DNA of 40,244 bases from a virus (Duplodnaviria; Caudoviricetes). The translations under genes were made by a program, and so were the position numbers. This document shows positions 7,672-17,858 of the stretch, piece by piece. Each line of letters starts with the position of its first letter. Within the stretch, counting starts at the first letter, position 1. The notes under the pieces were generated by a model. That model did no database searches, was not told where the DNA came from, and saw only the letters and a list, made by a program, of their open reading frames with translations. Location of the stretch: positions 1-40,244 of IMG/VR virus record IMGVR_UViG_3300020195_000070; one strand, 5' to 3'.

Positions 7672-7998
7672 CTACTGTTGATGACGTCGTTCGTAGAGTA
7701 AACACCAGGTAATCGCCGCACAGAGCGTTGCGACCGAGTGAATGAACGCCCCGGTCGTGACCAGCCAGTCGTTGCCGCCACAAACGCCGTTCAGCCGGCA
7801 GACGCTGCCAAGGATCGCCCCGAGGATGGACGCGATAAAGAAGCTATCAAAGTAGAGTAAGAGCCTCGAGATGCGTTGGTAACGGCTGGAATGCTGGCTT
7901 TCCTTGTGAACCACCGGCAAGATAACCAAGATCATCAGCATCGCGGCGATGATGCGAAGGCTGATATTGAAGGCGATGATGTGTTGTTCGTTGATCAT
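7672..7998 (-). CDS. Three-TM membrane protein (holin-like)
   Basis: Three hydrophobic helices; directly upstream of endolysin. Confidence 0.65.
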   Translation of the reverse strand: MINEQHIIAFNISLRIIAAMLMILVILPVVHKESQHSSRYQRISRLLLYFDSFFIASILGAILGSVCRLNGVCGGNDWLVTTGAFIHSVATLCAAITWCLLYERRHQQ

Positions 7999-8198
7999 TC
8001 GTCGATAGCGCCGATGGCTCTCCCAATTCGATAGGATGTCGTTTCTTCTAAGGTTCGGTTGACGCGGCTGACCGCCAGATGGGTCTTCAAGACCTCGCGG
8101 ATAATCTCGTTATTAATCGAGTGGATTTGCTCGCTCTTCTCCTTATGCGCCAGCGCGTAGCCGATCTGACGGAACCAATTGTGGATGCGGCTAATCAC
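7995..8198 (-). CDS. Hypothetical protein (67 aa)
   Basis: GTG start overlapping the upstream stop; ATGA overlap downstream. Confidence 0.55.
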   Translation of the reverse strand: MISRIHNWFRQIGYALAHKEKSEQIHSINNEIIREVLKTHLAVSRVNRTLEETTSYRIGRAIGAIDE

Positions 8199-8425
8199 AG
8201 GACCCCCTTGCGCGACCCGGCTTCGAGTAAGAGCACGAACTTGTCGAGGGTTTTCTGGATGTCCCTGAGTGAGTTGATGATCAGGTCGCGGTTTTGACTG
8301 GCGTCGTTGAGGCGCTTGTCCTGCAAGTTCGAGATCACGCGATTCTGAAAGACGATAACACCACCGAAGATCGCGCAGAAAAGTCCGAGGATTCCGTGCG
8401 ATGCGAGTGGTGCGAGAAGTTCCAT
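8195..8425 (-). CDS. Holin-like single-TM protein
   Basis: HGILGLFCAIFGGVIVF helix then coiled coil; position before lysis genes. Confidence 0.6.
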   Translation of the reverse strand: MELLAPLASHGILGLFCAIFGGVIVFQNRVISNLQDKRLNDASQNRDLIINSLRDIQKTLDKFVLLLEAGSRKGVL

Positions 8426-8431
8426 AGGTTG

Positions 8432-9106
8432 TCAAATAAAATTCAGCAAGAATGCCGCCCCCGTGGTCTGGGCGAAGACAGCCGGCTCGTCGGTGCTCCA
8501 GCTCGCGCTGGTGGCGGTCAGGTCGAGCGCGTTACTCGTCAGATCATCGGCAGTGTTGCCCGCGCCGTCGTTGAACTTCCAGTAGGCGACCAGGTTGGTT
8601 TCGTTGCCGGCCAGCCGAGTCTGGTAATTCGCGGCGATCTGAACCTGCGTCCGGGCGACGTTCCAGATCCGAAGATCTGAGACGCTGACGTTGCGAAATC
8701 CCGAGTTGTCGCTGCCGACGTAGAGGGTGTTACTCGTCGCCTTGGTCGTTCCCGACGCTGCGGTGGTGGCGACCTCAGTGCCGTTGACGTAGAGCTTGAG
8801 GTCGGTGCCGTTGGCGGTGAAGGCCAGGTGGAACCAGGTGCCAGACGCGCGGGTGGTGGTGTCTTTAATGTCGAAGGCAGTTGGGGTAGTGTTGCGCCAG
8901 ATGATACGTGGCTTGCGGTTATCCGCCCCGGAGTTGGCCGACCAGTAGAGAATCCAGTTGTCGTTATTGAGGGTCGCGAGCACGGCGTAGTCGCTCGGGT
9001 CGGCGTTGGCTTTGAACCAACCCTCGACGGTCATGGCGTTGGGTCGGAAGTTGGCGTTGTCCGCCCGACTGAACGTGCTATTGGCACTGGTGATAATGGC
9101 GCTCAT
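8432..9106 (-). CDS. LamG/concanavalin A-like domain virion protein
   Basis: MTVEGWFK...WFHLAFT...LYVNG...DLRIWNVART...LVAYWKFND. Confidence 0.85.
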   Translation of the reverse strand: MSAIITSANSTFSRADNANFRPNAMTVEGWFKANADPSDYAVLATLNNDNWILYWSANSGADNRKPRIIWRNTTPTAFDIKDTTTRASGTWFHLAFTANGTDLKLYVNGTEVATTAASGTTKATSNTLYVGSDNSGFRNVSVSDLRIWNVARTQVQIAANYQTRLAGNETNLVAYWKFNDGAGNTADDLTSNALDLTATSASWSTDEPAVFAQTTGAAFLLNFI

Positions 9107-9108
9107 GG

Positions 9109-9915
9109 CTACAGGTTGGACCCCACGATGAAGCCGTCATAGGTGCCCGAGCCGGTGCAAACGAACCCGAGAACATCGGCTTTGCTGGCGGTGGTCGTCA
9201 ACGTCGGCGCAACTCCGCCGGCCCATTTGATCGTCGTGAACCAGGTGACGGTCCTTGATCCGGTGGCGTCTTGCAAGAGGCGGAGGATGAAGGGTTGGCC
9301 AACCGAAGGGTTAGACAAGGCCAGGGTGCGATTGCCGCCGAGGGTGACGGTGTGGTAATTGCTGGCCGCGAGGTTAAAGGTGACGGTTGCGCCATCGGTG
9401 TTGGCGGTAATCGCCTGGACCGAGCCGTTCAGTGTCGGTTTGGTGTAGGTCGCCGATCCGGCCACTGTCCCGGTCACGGTGGGTCCGGTGATGGTCGGCG
9501 CGGTCAGGGTTTTGTTGGTCAGGGTTTGCGTCCCGGTTAGCGTCACAACCTTGGTGGTATCAACCGCGCCGGTGGTGGCGTCGAGAACGTTGACCAGCGA
9601 ATCGATGACGTCGTTCCACATCAGAGCGGTCATCACGCCCTTAACGGTTGCACCAGAGGAGTGGGCCTGGGCGGTGCCGCCTTCGAGGCCGCGATTGGCG
9701 AGCGGGATGGTCAGATTGGCTCCGGCCAGTCCGGTGGCGTACGCGATCTCTTCGGTGGCGGTGCCTTCGTCAATCAGGATGACGCCGGCTCCAGACTTGG
9801 CCTGGAACGTGGTGGTAGCGGTCAAGGGGAGTGAGGTGTCGGTGTTGGTCACCGAGCTGGAGGCGGTGGTAGAGGCGGAGTTTCCGATCGCGTACTTGAG
9901 TTTCGGGGCTGCTAT
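9109..9915 (-). CDS. Tail fibre-like protein; probable ATA start at 9915
   Basis: RGLEGGTAQAH, TQTLTNKTLT, LQDATGSRTVTW motifs; frame stays open 21 codons upstream of the listed GTG to an ATA preceded by AAGGAGG. Confidence 0.8.
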   Translation of the reverse strand: MAAPKLKYAIGNSASTTASSSVTNTDTSLPLTATTTFQAKSGAGVILIDEGTATEEIAYATGLAGANLTIPLANRGLEGGTAQAHSSGATVKGVMTALMWNDVIDSLVNVLDATTGAVDTTKVVTLTGTQTLTNKTLTAPTITGPTVTGTVAGSATYTKPTLNGSVQAITANTDGATVTFNLAASNYHTVTLGGNRTLALSNPSVGQPFILRLLQDATGSRTVTWFTTIKWAGGVAPTLTTTASKADVLGFVCTGSGTYDGFIVGSNL

Positions 9916-10481
9916 GTGGCTATCCTCCTTCCGAAGTTATGACCCCAAGGCATATCTCGCACCATCTCTCTGCCGAATGTCCGGAGGTAGTGGCACTTCT
10001 TACACAAAGTTACGCAATTACCGGAAACAAAACGTAGGCTTGGTTGCTCAGACCATTTGGCAATATGCTCTACCTGAAGATCCCCACCTTTTCTACACAT
10101 CAAACATTTGTAGCCATCGCGTTCAAAAATTGATTTCTGCATGGTTGCTGTGAAACGGCGACGTTCGATGTAATCATAACCTCTGACTCCACCCTTCCAG
10201 TTGTGGTTTTTATCTCCTCTGCGCGGAGCTGGAAGATGAGAAAACGCTAATGTTTGGGCCTTTTCAGATTTCCAGTAGCATGACCTACATAAGGATGTTT
10301 TAGGATGTCTTTGGGAGAGTTGGGTATCGCATTCCAAGCAGGAAGGCAATCCGCCTTTCCAATTTGGAGAGTCCTGGCCAGCCTGTCGTCCGACTAGACC
10401 TTTATTCCAGGGAATGGAGCCCGGACGAAATCCATTCCAGCTCTTTGCACGTACGCCCTTTTGATACCTAGTTGTCGCCAT
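9912..10481 (-). CDS. HNH endonuclease with NUMOD-like repeats
   Basis: PWNKG, NWKGG x2, IFERDGYKCLMC...VEHI...CVTLCKKCH. Confidence 0.85.
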   Translation of the reverse strand: MATTRYQKGVRAKSWNGFRPGSIPWNKGLVGRQAGQDSPNWKGGLPSCLECDTQLSQRHPKTSLCRSCYWKSEKAQTLAFSHLPAPRRGDKNHNWKGGVRGYDYIERRRFTATMQKSIFERDGYKCLMCRKGGDLQVEHIAKWSEQPSLRFVSGNCVTLCKKCHYLRTFGREMVRDMPWGHNFGRRIAT

Positions 10482-10498
10482 GTTTCCTTATCGGTACC

Positions 10499-13400
10499 TC
10501 AAACGCTACTTCGAGTCAATCGTTTGAGTTTCTTGGTTCTCAGACTGCGTTTGGTCAGTTTGTAGACTCGACCCTTCGGGGCGGCCTTGACGACCTTGAT
10601 CGGCGGGGCTTTCGGAGGTTTGTAGCTCAGCCCTTTAATGACCGAGACCGGGATCTTCTTCGGCTTCTTGGCTTTGCCGATCCTGGCCTTGCCACCCTTA
10701 AGCGCCTTGCTTTGCTTGCTGATAGCGGTTTGCTGGGCGCGGAGTTCGGTGATCTGGGCCGCCGCTTCCGCCGGTTCGAGCTCGCCGGAGATGGCCTGTT
10801 CGGTCAGCCGGTTGATCTGGGTGGTCAGGGCTCCGGTCTTCTTGCTGAGGATGACCTTATCGACCTCGTACTGGCCGGTCAGCGCGGCGGTCGCGTAGTC
10901 AACTTTGCCCGACTGCTTGATGCCATCGGAGAGGATCTTCCTGGCGGCGTCAATCTCGTTAGCGGTCTTGTCCCGTTCCGTCGACGGCAGTCTGGTATTG
11001 CCGAGGACGGCCTTCCGCTGGCGGTTGAGCTCGGCAATACGATCCTTCGCTAGCTGCTTCTCGGTCGGGGTGACGACGTTGTCCTGGCGAATCTGGTTGA
11101 TGAACTGTTTGGGTTCGGCGACGTAGCTGCCAGGCACCTCGGCGGCGGAGGCGGTCTGGAGCAACCCGGCCCGTTGGTTATTCGGGACAATGGACCCGGC
11201 GATGCTGCCGGTAAAGTCAGCGCGCGTTACGGTGTTTTTGGTGGCCGGCAGGGTCCGTCCCATGAAGCGGCGGATACCCGTCAGCTCGCTCGGGTCGATT
11301 TGCTCATTGCGTGAGACCTTGACCAGGGCATCGACAATCTGGGCGGGAATCTTGGTGTAACCGGCGAAGTAGCCATCGAGCAGGTTCTGGACCTGGAGCG
11401 GTGAGACGTTTAGCGTTTTCCCAACCGCTTTATAGGCAGCCGGGGTCCACTCGTAGGAACGGTCACCGGCGGGAAGTTTGTTGAGAAAGTTGGGGACAAC
11501 CTCCTTGGCCTGGGCGGTCTTGTCGTTGTATTTGTAGAAGCTCTTGTTCAGCAGCGTCTCGGTCACCGGCTTGATGGCCTGGGGCAGGTTGGCCCCGATC
11601 GTCTTGATGGCCAGCTCCTTGGGTGAGGACCCTTCGCCTATCACCGGCAAGCTCGAGCCGAGGAACTGGAACGCGAGCTGGTCAAGCGATTTCGGGGTGG
11701 TCTGGTACGCGTAGGAGAGCAGGTTTTCGAGCGGGTTGGCGACGAACTGGACCGACTGGGCCTTCGGAATCTTGGTGTAGCTGACCGTGCCATCGGCGTT
11801 GCGGCCCGAGACGAGGACGAAGTTGGCGTCCTTGTCGTACTGGGGAATCTCGAAGTATTCCTCGGGGTGGGTCATGACGTTGTAGAGCGTGGTGGTGATC
11901 GACGGCATCGCCCCGAACAGCGCCATCTTGGCGGTGAAGGCTCCGGGGTTGGCCTTGGCGGTCCGGGCCAGCCGGTCAAAGCCCTGAATCCCGACGTTTA
12001 AGAAGGGGATGAGCGAGTTGGCGACCCGCATCTTGGCCCCCATCCGGGCGAAGTCGAGCGTTCCTTCGCGCGATTCCATTGCCGCCATCGCGGTATTGCC
12101 GGTCTTCTGGATCCCCTTGTTAAACAGCCCAAGCCGGGTCGGGGTCTCAGAGTAGCGGCCAAGGGCGTTCAGGCCGTCGTTCAGCCAGCCAAACAGGTTC
12201 TTCTTGCCCTGCGCCGCCTGGATGGAGTTCTTGACGCTTTCGCGTCCGGTGAGTGAGCCAAACACCTGCGCCCCGCCCGCCTTCATCCAGGCCTGGTAGA
12301 GGTCGTCGCCCCCACCGAAATCCTGCTTAATCAGATGGGCCAGCCCCCGGAAGTAATCGAGGAAGGGGACGTAACCGTACTGCGAGTTGACGCCGGCCTC
12401 GAGCTGATCGCGCACCAAGTTCGGGATGATGAACTCGGGGTTCTGACCGGTCGCGCCACGTCTCAAGATATTCGAGGGAATCGAGAGCACCTTCAGGAAG
12501 CTGTTCGTTGTTTCTTCGTTCATGCCTTTCACCGAGTCGGCGATATCCTGACCGACTTGCCAGAACTGCTTCGCTCCGTCCTTCCAGACGGTGATCGAGT
12601 CCGACCCGCTCTTGCCAACTTGCTTGAAGCCGATATCAGGAATCATGTCCTGCAACCCGACGATGGTCTGGGCGACCTTGTTCTTCTCGATCGCGGCGCG
12701 TTGCTTGATGGTGTTGGCGATGACCGATTCGATGGGCGAGAAGATCTGCTTGTCGGAGCCCTTGATTTTCGAGACCGGGTTGGCCGACTGCTGGGCGGAT
12801 TTGCTCGGGATGCCGAGGAACTCGTCGACCTGATCTTCGAGGACCCGCTGGAACGGGACGTAGTCGACGTTGACCCCTTTAATCGATTCGGCCACGTCGG
12901 GTTTGATGAAGCCGGCCGAGACGAGCTCGTCGAAGTTCTTGTTCTGGTAGGCGTAGAGCTGGTCGGCGACCTGGCCGAGCTGCGGTCCGTATTTCTGTTC
13001 GAGGAGCTGGGCGCGCTGGCCACCCAGCACCGAGTCGGAGCCTTTGATACCGCGCTGACCGAGGTTAATGTCGCGCCTGGATTTCAGGTAGAGGTCGATG
13101 TCCTGCTGGGGAATCTTGAACTGGTCGAGCTGGTTCAGGATGGGTTTGAGCTCGCTATCGATCTGCTGCTGGGCGATGCCGCTCATCCCGAGGAACCGCT
13201 TAATCTGGAACTTCGGATTGAACTCGGGACGGATGGAAAACCCTTTGTTCTTGGCGACTCCCTCGGCCACATCGACGAGCTGGTTGATCGGGTTAAAGCG
13301 GTCGACCCAGTTGGTGTAGATCTCGTCAATCCGCGCCTTGAACGGTTTGGCTGCTGGCTTCGTCAGCGTCCCGATCTCGCGGTAGCCGGATTTGAGAATG

Positions 13401-13939
13401 TCTTCAACGACCGCGCCGGCCTTGTCGCCAACTTTCTGGACGGTTGCGGACGGATTAAAGCTGAGCGAGAAGTCAGTAAACGCCTGACGTCGGGTAGCCG
13501 GGTCAGCGTTCTGGTCAAAGGCGGTGACGTAGTTCGGGGTACCGAGCACGTCCTTTGACGCACGGCGAATGCCCCCGACTACCGGGGTGTCATAGTTGGT
13601 CGGACTGAGGTTATTGGCGACGGATTTGAGGGTGTTCTGGACTCCAGGGCGCTTGGCTACATCACTCAGCAGCCGCTGGGTCGGGTTGGTCAAACGCGAC
13701 GCGGTATCCATCGGATTCTGTAACCGCTGGCTGATGTAGTTCTGGAGCTGGCGGGCCGCTGGCGGTTGGAACTTCGGCATCTGCATTTGCGGCATCCGGG
13801 GCATGGGGGGTGGTTGCATCCGTTGCTGGATGCCCTGGCCGACGGCGTTGCCGATCGTACTGAGGGTCTGGCCGGCGCTCTGGGCGGCGGGTTCGAGGAA
13901 CTGGCGGTACTTGGCCACCAGATCGTTCAGGAAGGCCAC
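10499..13939 (-). CDS. Large internal virion/ejection protein with LPD38-like domain
   Basis: 1146 aa; DFARMG...IPFLNVGIQG...EIPQYDKDANFV...KIPK pattern; position after nozzle genes. Confidence 0.75.
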   Translation of the reverse strand: MAFLNDLVAKYRQFLEPAAQSAGQTLSTIGNAVGQGIQQRMQPPPMPRMPQMQMPKFQPPAARQLQNYISQRLQNPMDTASRLTNPTQRLLSDVAKRPGVQNTLKSVANNLSPTNYDTPVVGGIRRASKDVLGTPNYVTAFDQNADPATRRQAFTDFSLSFNPSATVQKVGDKAGAVVEDILKSGYREIGTLTKPAAKPFKARIDEIYTNWVDRFNPINQLVDVAEGVAKNKGFSIRPEFNPKFQIKRFLGMSGIAQQQIDSELKPILNQLDQFKIPQQDIDLYLKSRRDINLGQRGIKGSDSVLGGQRAQLLEQKYGPQLGQVADQLYAYQNKNFDELVSAGFIKPDVAESIKGVNVDYVPFQRVLEDQVDEFLGIPSKSAQQSANPVSKIKGSDKQIFSPIESVIANTIKQRAAIEKNKVAQTIVGLQDMIPDIGFKQVGKSGSDSITVWKDGAKQFWQVGQDIADSVKGMNEETTNSFLKVLSIPSNILRRGATGQNPEFIIPNLVRDQLEAGVNSQYGYVPFLDYFRGLAHLIKQDFGGGDDLYQAWMKAGGAQVFGSLTGRESVKNSIQAAQGKKNLFGWLNDGLNALGRYSETPTRLGLFNKGIQKTGNTAMAAMESREGTLDFARMGAKMRVANSLIPFLNVGIQGFDRLARTAKANPGAFTAKMALFGAMPSITTTLYNVMTHPEEYFEIPQYDKDANFVLVSGRNADGTVSYTKIPKAQSVQFVANPLENLLSYAYQTTPKSLDQLAFQFLGSSLPVIGEGSSPKELAIKTIGANLPQAIKPVTETLLNKSFYKYNDKTAQAKEVVPNFLNKLPAGDRSYEWTPAAYKAVGKTLNVSPLQVQNLLDGYFAGYTKIPAQIVDALVKVSRNEQIDPSELTGIRRFMGRTLPATKNTVTRADFTGSIAGSIVPNNQRAGLLQTASAAEVPGSYVAEPKQFINQIRQDNVVTPTEKQLAKDRIAELNRQRKAVLGNTRLPSTERDKTANEIDAARKILSDGIKQSGKVDYATAALTGQYEVDKVILSKKTGALTTQINRLTEQAISGELEPAEAAAQITELRAQQTAISKQSKALKGGKARIGKAKKPKKIPVSVIKGLSYKPPKAPPIKVVKAAPKGRVYKLTKRSLRTKKLKRLTRSSV

Positions 13940-14688
13940 TACGAACCTCCCTCGAAGTAGCGGCGCATGAACTGGTAATTGGCAATCTGCTCGTCGATGT
14001 CGCCGTTGTTGTCGACGGGTGGGGACCAGCGAGCCAGGAGATCGCCGACGTTCTTGCTGTCGCGGTAGCCCTGGTAGGTCGGGCTTTCGGTCAGTAAGCG
14101 GACCAAGCCGGTGGACATATCCGGTCCATTCTGGCCGCCAAAGAGGGCAGTCTGGAAGTCGGGGTAGTCCACGAACTTGCGCTCACCCCCCTGGGTGCCC
14201 CGGACGTTGTAGAGATTGTGCTTGCCGGTCTTACTCCCCGGCTTGGCGTTATCACGCCCTCCCTGGGTCTCTCGGAGCGCCAGGATGATTGGTAAGTATG
14301 GGTCAAGTCCCTTGGCCTGGAACTGCTGACCAGCCTTATAGAGGTCGTCGACGTGGTTCAGGATCGGCACGGGCGTTTTATTGTTGGCGGTCCAGCGTTG
14401 GATTCCGGTTCGGATGGCGTCCGGTGAGAAGCCGCCGGTTGATTGGCTGAGGGTTGGCATCGGCGGTGGTGGCGGGGTCGCCGAAAGCACGGCAGCAGGC
14501 GGCTGAACGCTGCCCTGGGCTGGTGGCTCAACCCGGAAGTTCGGTGAGACGGTCGTGGTCAGTTTCATCGCCCGGGGGTCGTTCTTGGCGTACTGCGGTG
14601 GCGGTGGTTGTTGCGGCATCAAGGAGCTGAGCAATTGCTGCCCCTGTTGTATCCCTGATCCTATGGTGCTTAGTAGGTTGTTAAACAT
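13939..14688 (-). CDS. Internal virion protein with lysozyme-fold (GH73/FlgJ-like) domain
   Basis: LALRETQGG...HNLYNVRG...FVDYPD resembles the glucosaminidase motif order. Confidence 0.55.
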   Translation of the reverse strand: MFNNLLSTIGSGIQQGQQLLSSLMPQQPPPPQYAKNDPRAMKLTTTVSPNFRVEPPAQGSVQPPAAVLSATPPPPPMPTLSQSTGGFSPDAIRTGIQRWTANNKTPVPILNHVDDLYKAGQQFQAKGLDPYLPIILALRETQGGRDNAKPGSKTGKHNLYNVRGTQGGERKFVDYPDFQTALFGGQNGPDMSTGLVRLLTESPTYQGYRDSKNVGDLLARWSPPVDNNGDIDEQIANYQFMRRYFEGGS

Positions 14689-14712
14689 CGGCCAATGGTT
14701 TCCCGGCCTCGT

Positions 14713-15891
14713 TTACCCGTATGCGCTGAGGAGGCCTGCTTGTTTCTTTTTTTGCGGGTCGATGATGTTCGGGTTGACGCCGATCTGCTGTTGCTGGGCT
14801 TGCGGCGTGGTCAGGAGTTGTTGCTGGAAGCCCTGCTGGTTGTAGGTCGGGTCCTGGTAGGACGAGAGCCCTTGGACCTGCTGCCCGTACTGCTGCTTCA
14901 TCATTGCGACCTGGTTCTGGTAATTCATCATCGAGTTCTGGATGTCGGCCACCCGTTGCTGCAGGGCGGAGTTAGCGGCCTGGATGGCGTCACCGCGGCT
15001 GCGTTCGTTAAACCGCAAGTCGCCCTGAATCTGGCCCACCAGGTTCTGGTAGTTGCCGACCAATCCCTGGACGGCGGTCTGATGCTCTTTCGTCCGTTCG
15101 CCAATAAAGTTGTCGAGCTCGTTAAAGCGTTGGCCGAGCGTTTCGTTCAAACTGGCGCGTTGCTTGTCGAATTCGTTGACCGGCTTACTCAAGAGGTCGC
15201 CGGCGGCCGAGGAGTTCAGGATCCCGAGGGCGCGCAGGACGTTGCGGTTCTGGAACTGGGTCGAGCGAGCGGTGTTGCCGGCTTCGGCGATCTGCTTTTC
15301 GGTGTTGGTCTGGGCGTTGGTGCGCGCGGTCCCAACCTGGTTCTTGACGCTTTCTAACTCCTGGTCGAGGGTCGAGCGGTTCTGATTCAGCGAATCCGAC
15401 AGCAAGCCGAGCTGGCCCTGAATCTGGTCACGTGATCGGTCGTATTGGGTGTTGAGGCCGGCGAGCTGGGCGTCGTAGCCGGACTGAGCGGCGTTGGCGA
15501 ACTTATTCGGATTGGCGTTGTAATCCGCGAGGGCGTTAGTGCGGTCCCAGCCCTGGTAGTTGCGGTTGTAGACATCATTGAAGTTATTCCCACCACCGCC
15601 TCCACCTGTCGTTGGGAGTGGCGCTGGTTGTGGTAGGGATTGGGAAGGCGCTACTGAACCCAAGACGCCGGCTGGACCCTGGCCTGGTCGAGTAGCTTGG
15701 TTATAGACGGTCGTGGCGGCTTTTGCGGCTTGGAAGGGAGCGGGAAGGAAGGAGGCAGCCACGTTCTGGACCTGATTCGGGACGAGGTTCGAACCACCCT
15801 GTTGATTGGGTTGCTGGCCGAATAACTGACCAACGCGTTCAGTCAGTCCGAAATCTGGTAATCCCCAAGAACCGGTGTGTGGTAGTGCCAT
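14713..15891 (-). CDS. Gln-rich coiled-coil ejection protein
   Basis: Q/N/G-rich helical composition; synteny in podovirus ejectosome block. Confidence 0.65.
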   Translation of the reverse strand: MALPHTGSWGLPDFGLTERVGQLFGQQPNQQGGSNLVPNQVQNVAASFLPAPFQAAKAATTVYNQATRPGQGPAGVLGSVAPSQSLPQPAPLPTTGGGGGGNNFNDVYNRNYQGWDRTNALADYNANPNKFANAAQSGYDAQLAGLNTQYDRSRDQIQGQLGLLSDSLNQNRSTLDQELESVKNQVGTARTNAQTNTEKQIAEAGNTARSTQFQNRNVLRALGILNSSAAGDLLSKPVNEFDKQRASLNETLGQRFNELDNFIGERTKEHQTAVQGLVGNYQNLVGQIQGDLRFNERSRGDAIQAANSALQQRVADIQNSMMNYQNQVAMMKQQYGQQVQGLSSYQDPTYNQQGFQQQLLTTPQAQQQQIGVNPNIIDPQKKKQAGLLSAYG

Positions 15892-15908
15892 AGTGTGTCG
15901 TTGTCCCG

Positions 15909-15937
15909 AACGTATCGTGTTCCTGACTTCGTGTCAA
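15909..15937 (-). promoter_or_regulatory. Promoter with TTGACACGAAGT motif
   Basis: TTGACA-17-TACGTT; 12-mer identical to 23703-23714. Confidence 0.5.
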
Positions 15938-17857
15938 TCAGGTGCTGACAACATCGTCGCTATGTCTAAACCTTTCGCTTCGAGCGCGAGCGGTTATTCC
16001 TGCTGATAACAGCACGAAGGTTGACGCTGAGTTGTTGTTGAACCGGAGTTGGAACGTCTTACCCTCGAGGTTGAGGTTCTTCAGCGTCCGCAAGACCAGC
16101 TCATCCTGCGAGCTGACCCCGACGCCGTAGCTGGTCTTAAACAGGAACCGGGCGATCAGGTAATGGCCGAAGTTAATCGACGGTGAGACGGTGCCGATGT
16201 TGGTCTGGAAGACGGTCTCCACCCCGTCCTGGACAATCGAGAGGTTGATCGCCCCCGATGGTTTGCGCAGCACGATATCGACGTCCTTCAGAATCTTGTA
16301 GCGGTCGATCGTCTTGAAGCTCTGGCCGTTGAGGTAGAAGTAGCCGTTGATGGCGGTCCCGAAGTCCGAGGTGCCCGAAAGAATCTCTTTGACGTAGCCC
16401 GAGGCGTCGTCGCCGTAGAGGTAGTGGGACAGGCTGTCGGTCCCCCGGTAGGTGACCCAGCAGTTGGCGGCGATGTTATTCCACTTGTACCAGCCGAGCC
16501 GTTCGCGGTCGTAGACCAGCGCCTTGCTGTTGGTCGTCGATCCCGAGGGGGTGTAGCTGAAGACGACCAGGTTCTTGTTGGCGTCGGTGGTGTAGTGGGC
16601 GGCGATGTTCTGGATGTAGGCGGGATTAGAGGCCTGGTAAATCGGTCGGACCCGGCTCGAGAGCTCGTTCGAGCGCAGCACGTCAAAGGAGAAGCCGGCT
16701 TCATTCCCTAAGGTGAAGATGCCCCGGCGGCTGGCGAAGAAGATGTCGTTTTCGACCGCGATGATCGACCGGGGAGCCACTGCCCCCAGGGCCGGGTTGA
16801 CCTGGCTGACCTGCGGCAAACCGGTGGTGGTGAAGCTGAACTGGTAAATCGAATCCTCTTTGAAGACGACCAGCGAGTTCTTAAAGACAATCAGGCCGGT
16901 GCCGCTCTGGCCGTCGTTCTTGCTGACGTCGATGAAGCCGCCACCGCCGCCGACGGTGAAGTCGTTGATCTTGTCGCCGCCGCCCGAGTAGTAGAGCCGG
17001 GACGGGTTGACCGGGTCGCCGAGGATGAAGAGCGAATCCTTGTAGACCGCGATGTACTTGCCGACCGGGCCGGCGGTCGAGTTGCCTTCGGGTGGCGGGA
17101 AGACTTCGTTCGGGGTATCGGTGTTCTTATCGACATAGGTGGTCGTGGTATTGCCTTCGACGTAGCTCAGGAAGAACCAGCCGGTCGCTTTCCGGCCATA
17201 GACGTTGTAGCCAATCGCTGAGGTAACGGCAGCCCAGGTGACGGTCATGTAATTACTGGCATCAAGCGTGGCCCGGTCGAGAGTGGTTGAGCCAGCCGCC
17301 GAACCAGTGGTTTCCCCCACGGCGGTGACGGCGGTGACCTTATAGGAGAAGGTGTAGGTGCCAGCACTCCCGGTGCGGGTGACGGTTGGAGCGGCTGGAA
17401 CCGAGATGGCGGTGAAGCTGGTAATTGAGGTGCCGTCGTAATAGGTCAGGGGATCGGTGCCGTTGCCCAGGTAGAGGCGGTCATAGGTCATGACGCCGTT
17501 GGTGTTGAGATCGGAGGTGTAGGCGTAGCCACTGACGTTGTCCCAGTCGAGGGTCGAGCTGTTGTATTTCTGGAGGGTCGTGCCACTCATCCGGAGGAGC
17601 TGACGGGTGCCGTTGGACTTGTAGAAGGCGAAGAGGCCCCGGACGTGGCTGCCCTGGCTGTTGCCGAAATAGGCCTGACCATCCCGGGGACACTGAATCT
17701 TGCCGTCTTCGACGAGCTGAATGTCCTGACCCTCAGCCAGCTCATCGGGCCTAATCTGGGTAGCCGAGACGATCTGGTTCACCCCACGGATCCACTTCTC
17801 CTGGCGGGCGGAGAGCAGCGGTGGGTCCTTAAAGTTCGTTGCGAAGCGTCGTGCCAT
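15938..17857 (-). CDS. Tail nozzle / DNA stabilization protein (P22 gp10 / T7 gp12-like beta-propeller)
   Basis: YKDSLF...SRLYYS...LIVFKNSLVVFKEDSIY...GAVAPRSI; synteny after adaptor. Confidence 0.75.
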   Translation of the reverse strand: MARRFATNFKDPPLLSARQEKWIRGVNQIVSATQIRPDELAEGQDIQLVEDGKIQCPRDGQAYFGNSQGSHVRGLFAFYKSNGTRQLLRMSGTTLQKYNSSTLDWDNVSGYAYTSDLNTNGVMTYDRLYLGNGTDPLTYYDGTSITSFTAISVPAAPTVTRTGSAGTYTFSYKVTAVTAVGETTGSAAGSTTLDRATLDASNYMTVTWAAVTSAIGYNVYGRKATGWFFLSYVEGNTTTTYVDKNTDTPNEVFPPPEGNSTAGPVGKYIAVYKDSLFILGDPVNPSRLYYSGGGDKINDFTVGGGGGFIDVSKNDGQSGTGLIVFKNSLVVFKEDSIYQFSFTTTGLPQVSQVNPALGAVAPRSIIAVENDIFFASRRGIFTLGNEAGFSFDVLRSNELSSRVRPIYQASNPAYIQNIAAHYTTDANKNLVVFSYTPSGSTTNSKALVYDRERLGWYKWNNIAANCWVTYRGTDSLSHYLYGDDASGYVKEILSGTSDFGTAINGYFYLNGQSFKTIDRYKILKDVDIVLRKPSGAINLSIVQDGVETVFQTNIGTVSPSINFGHYLIARFLFKTSYGVGVSSQDELVLRTLKNLNLEGKTFQLRFNNNSASTFVLLSAGITARARSERFRHSDDVVST

Positions 17858-17858
17858 G

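Noticed and set aside
12335-13558. 407-aa plus-strand ORF (also 23770..24546, 26422..27288, 33823..34731, 9479..10153, 14695..15357)
   Set aside because: Antisense shadows of well-supported GC3-rich minus-strand genes; no motifs, SD or promoter
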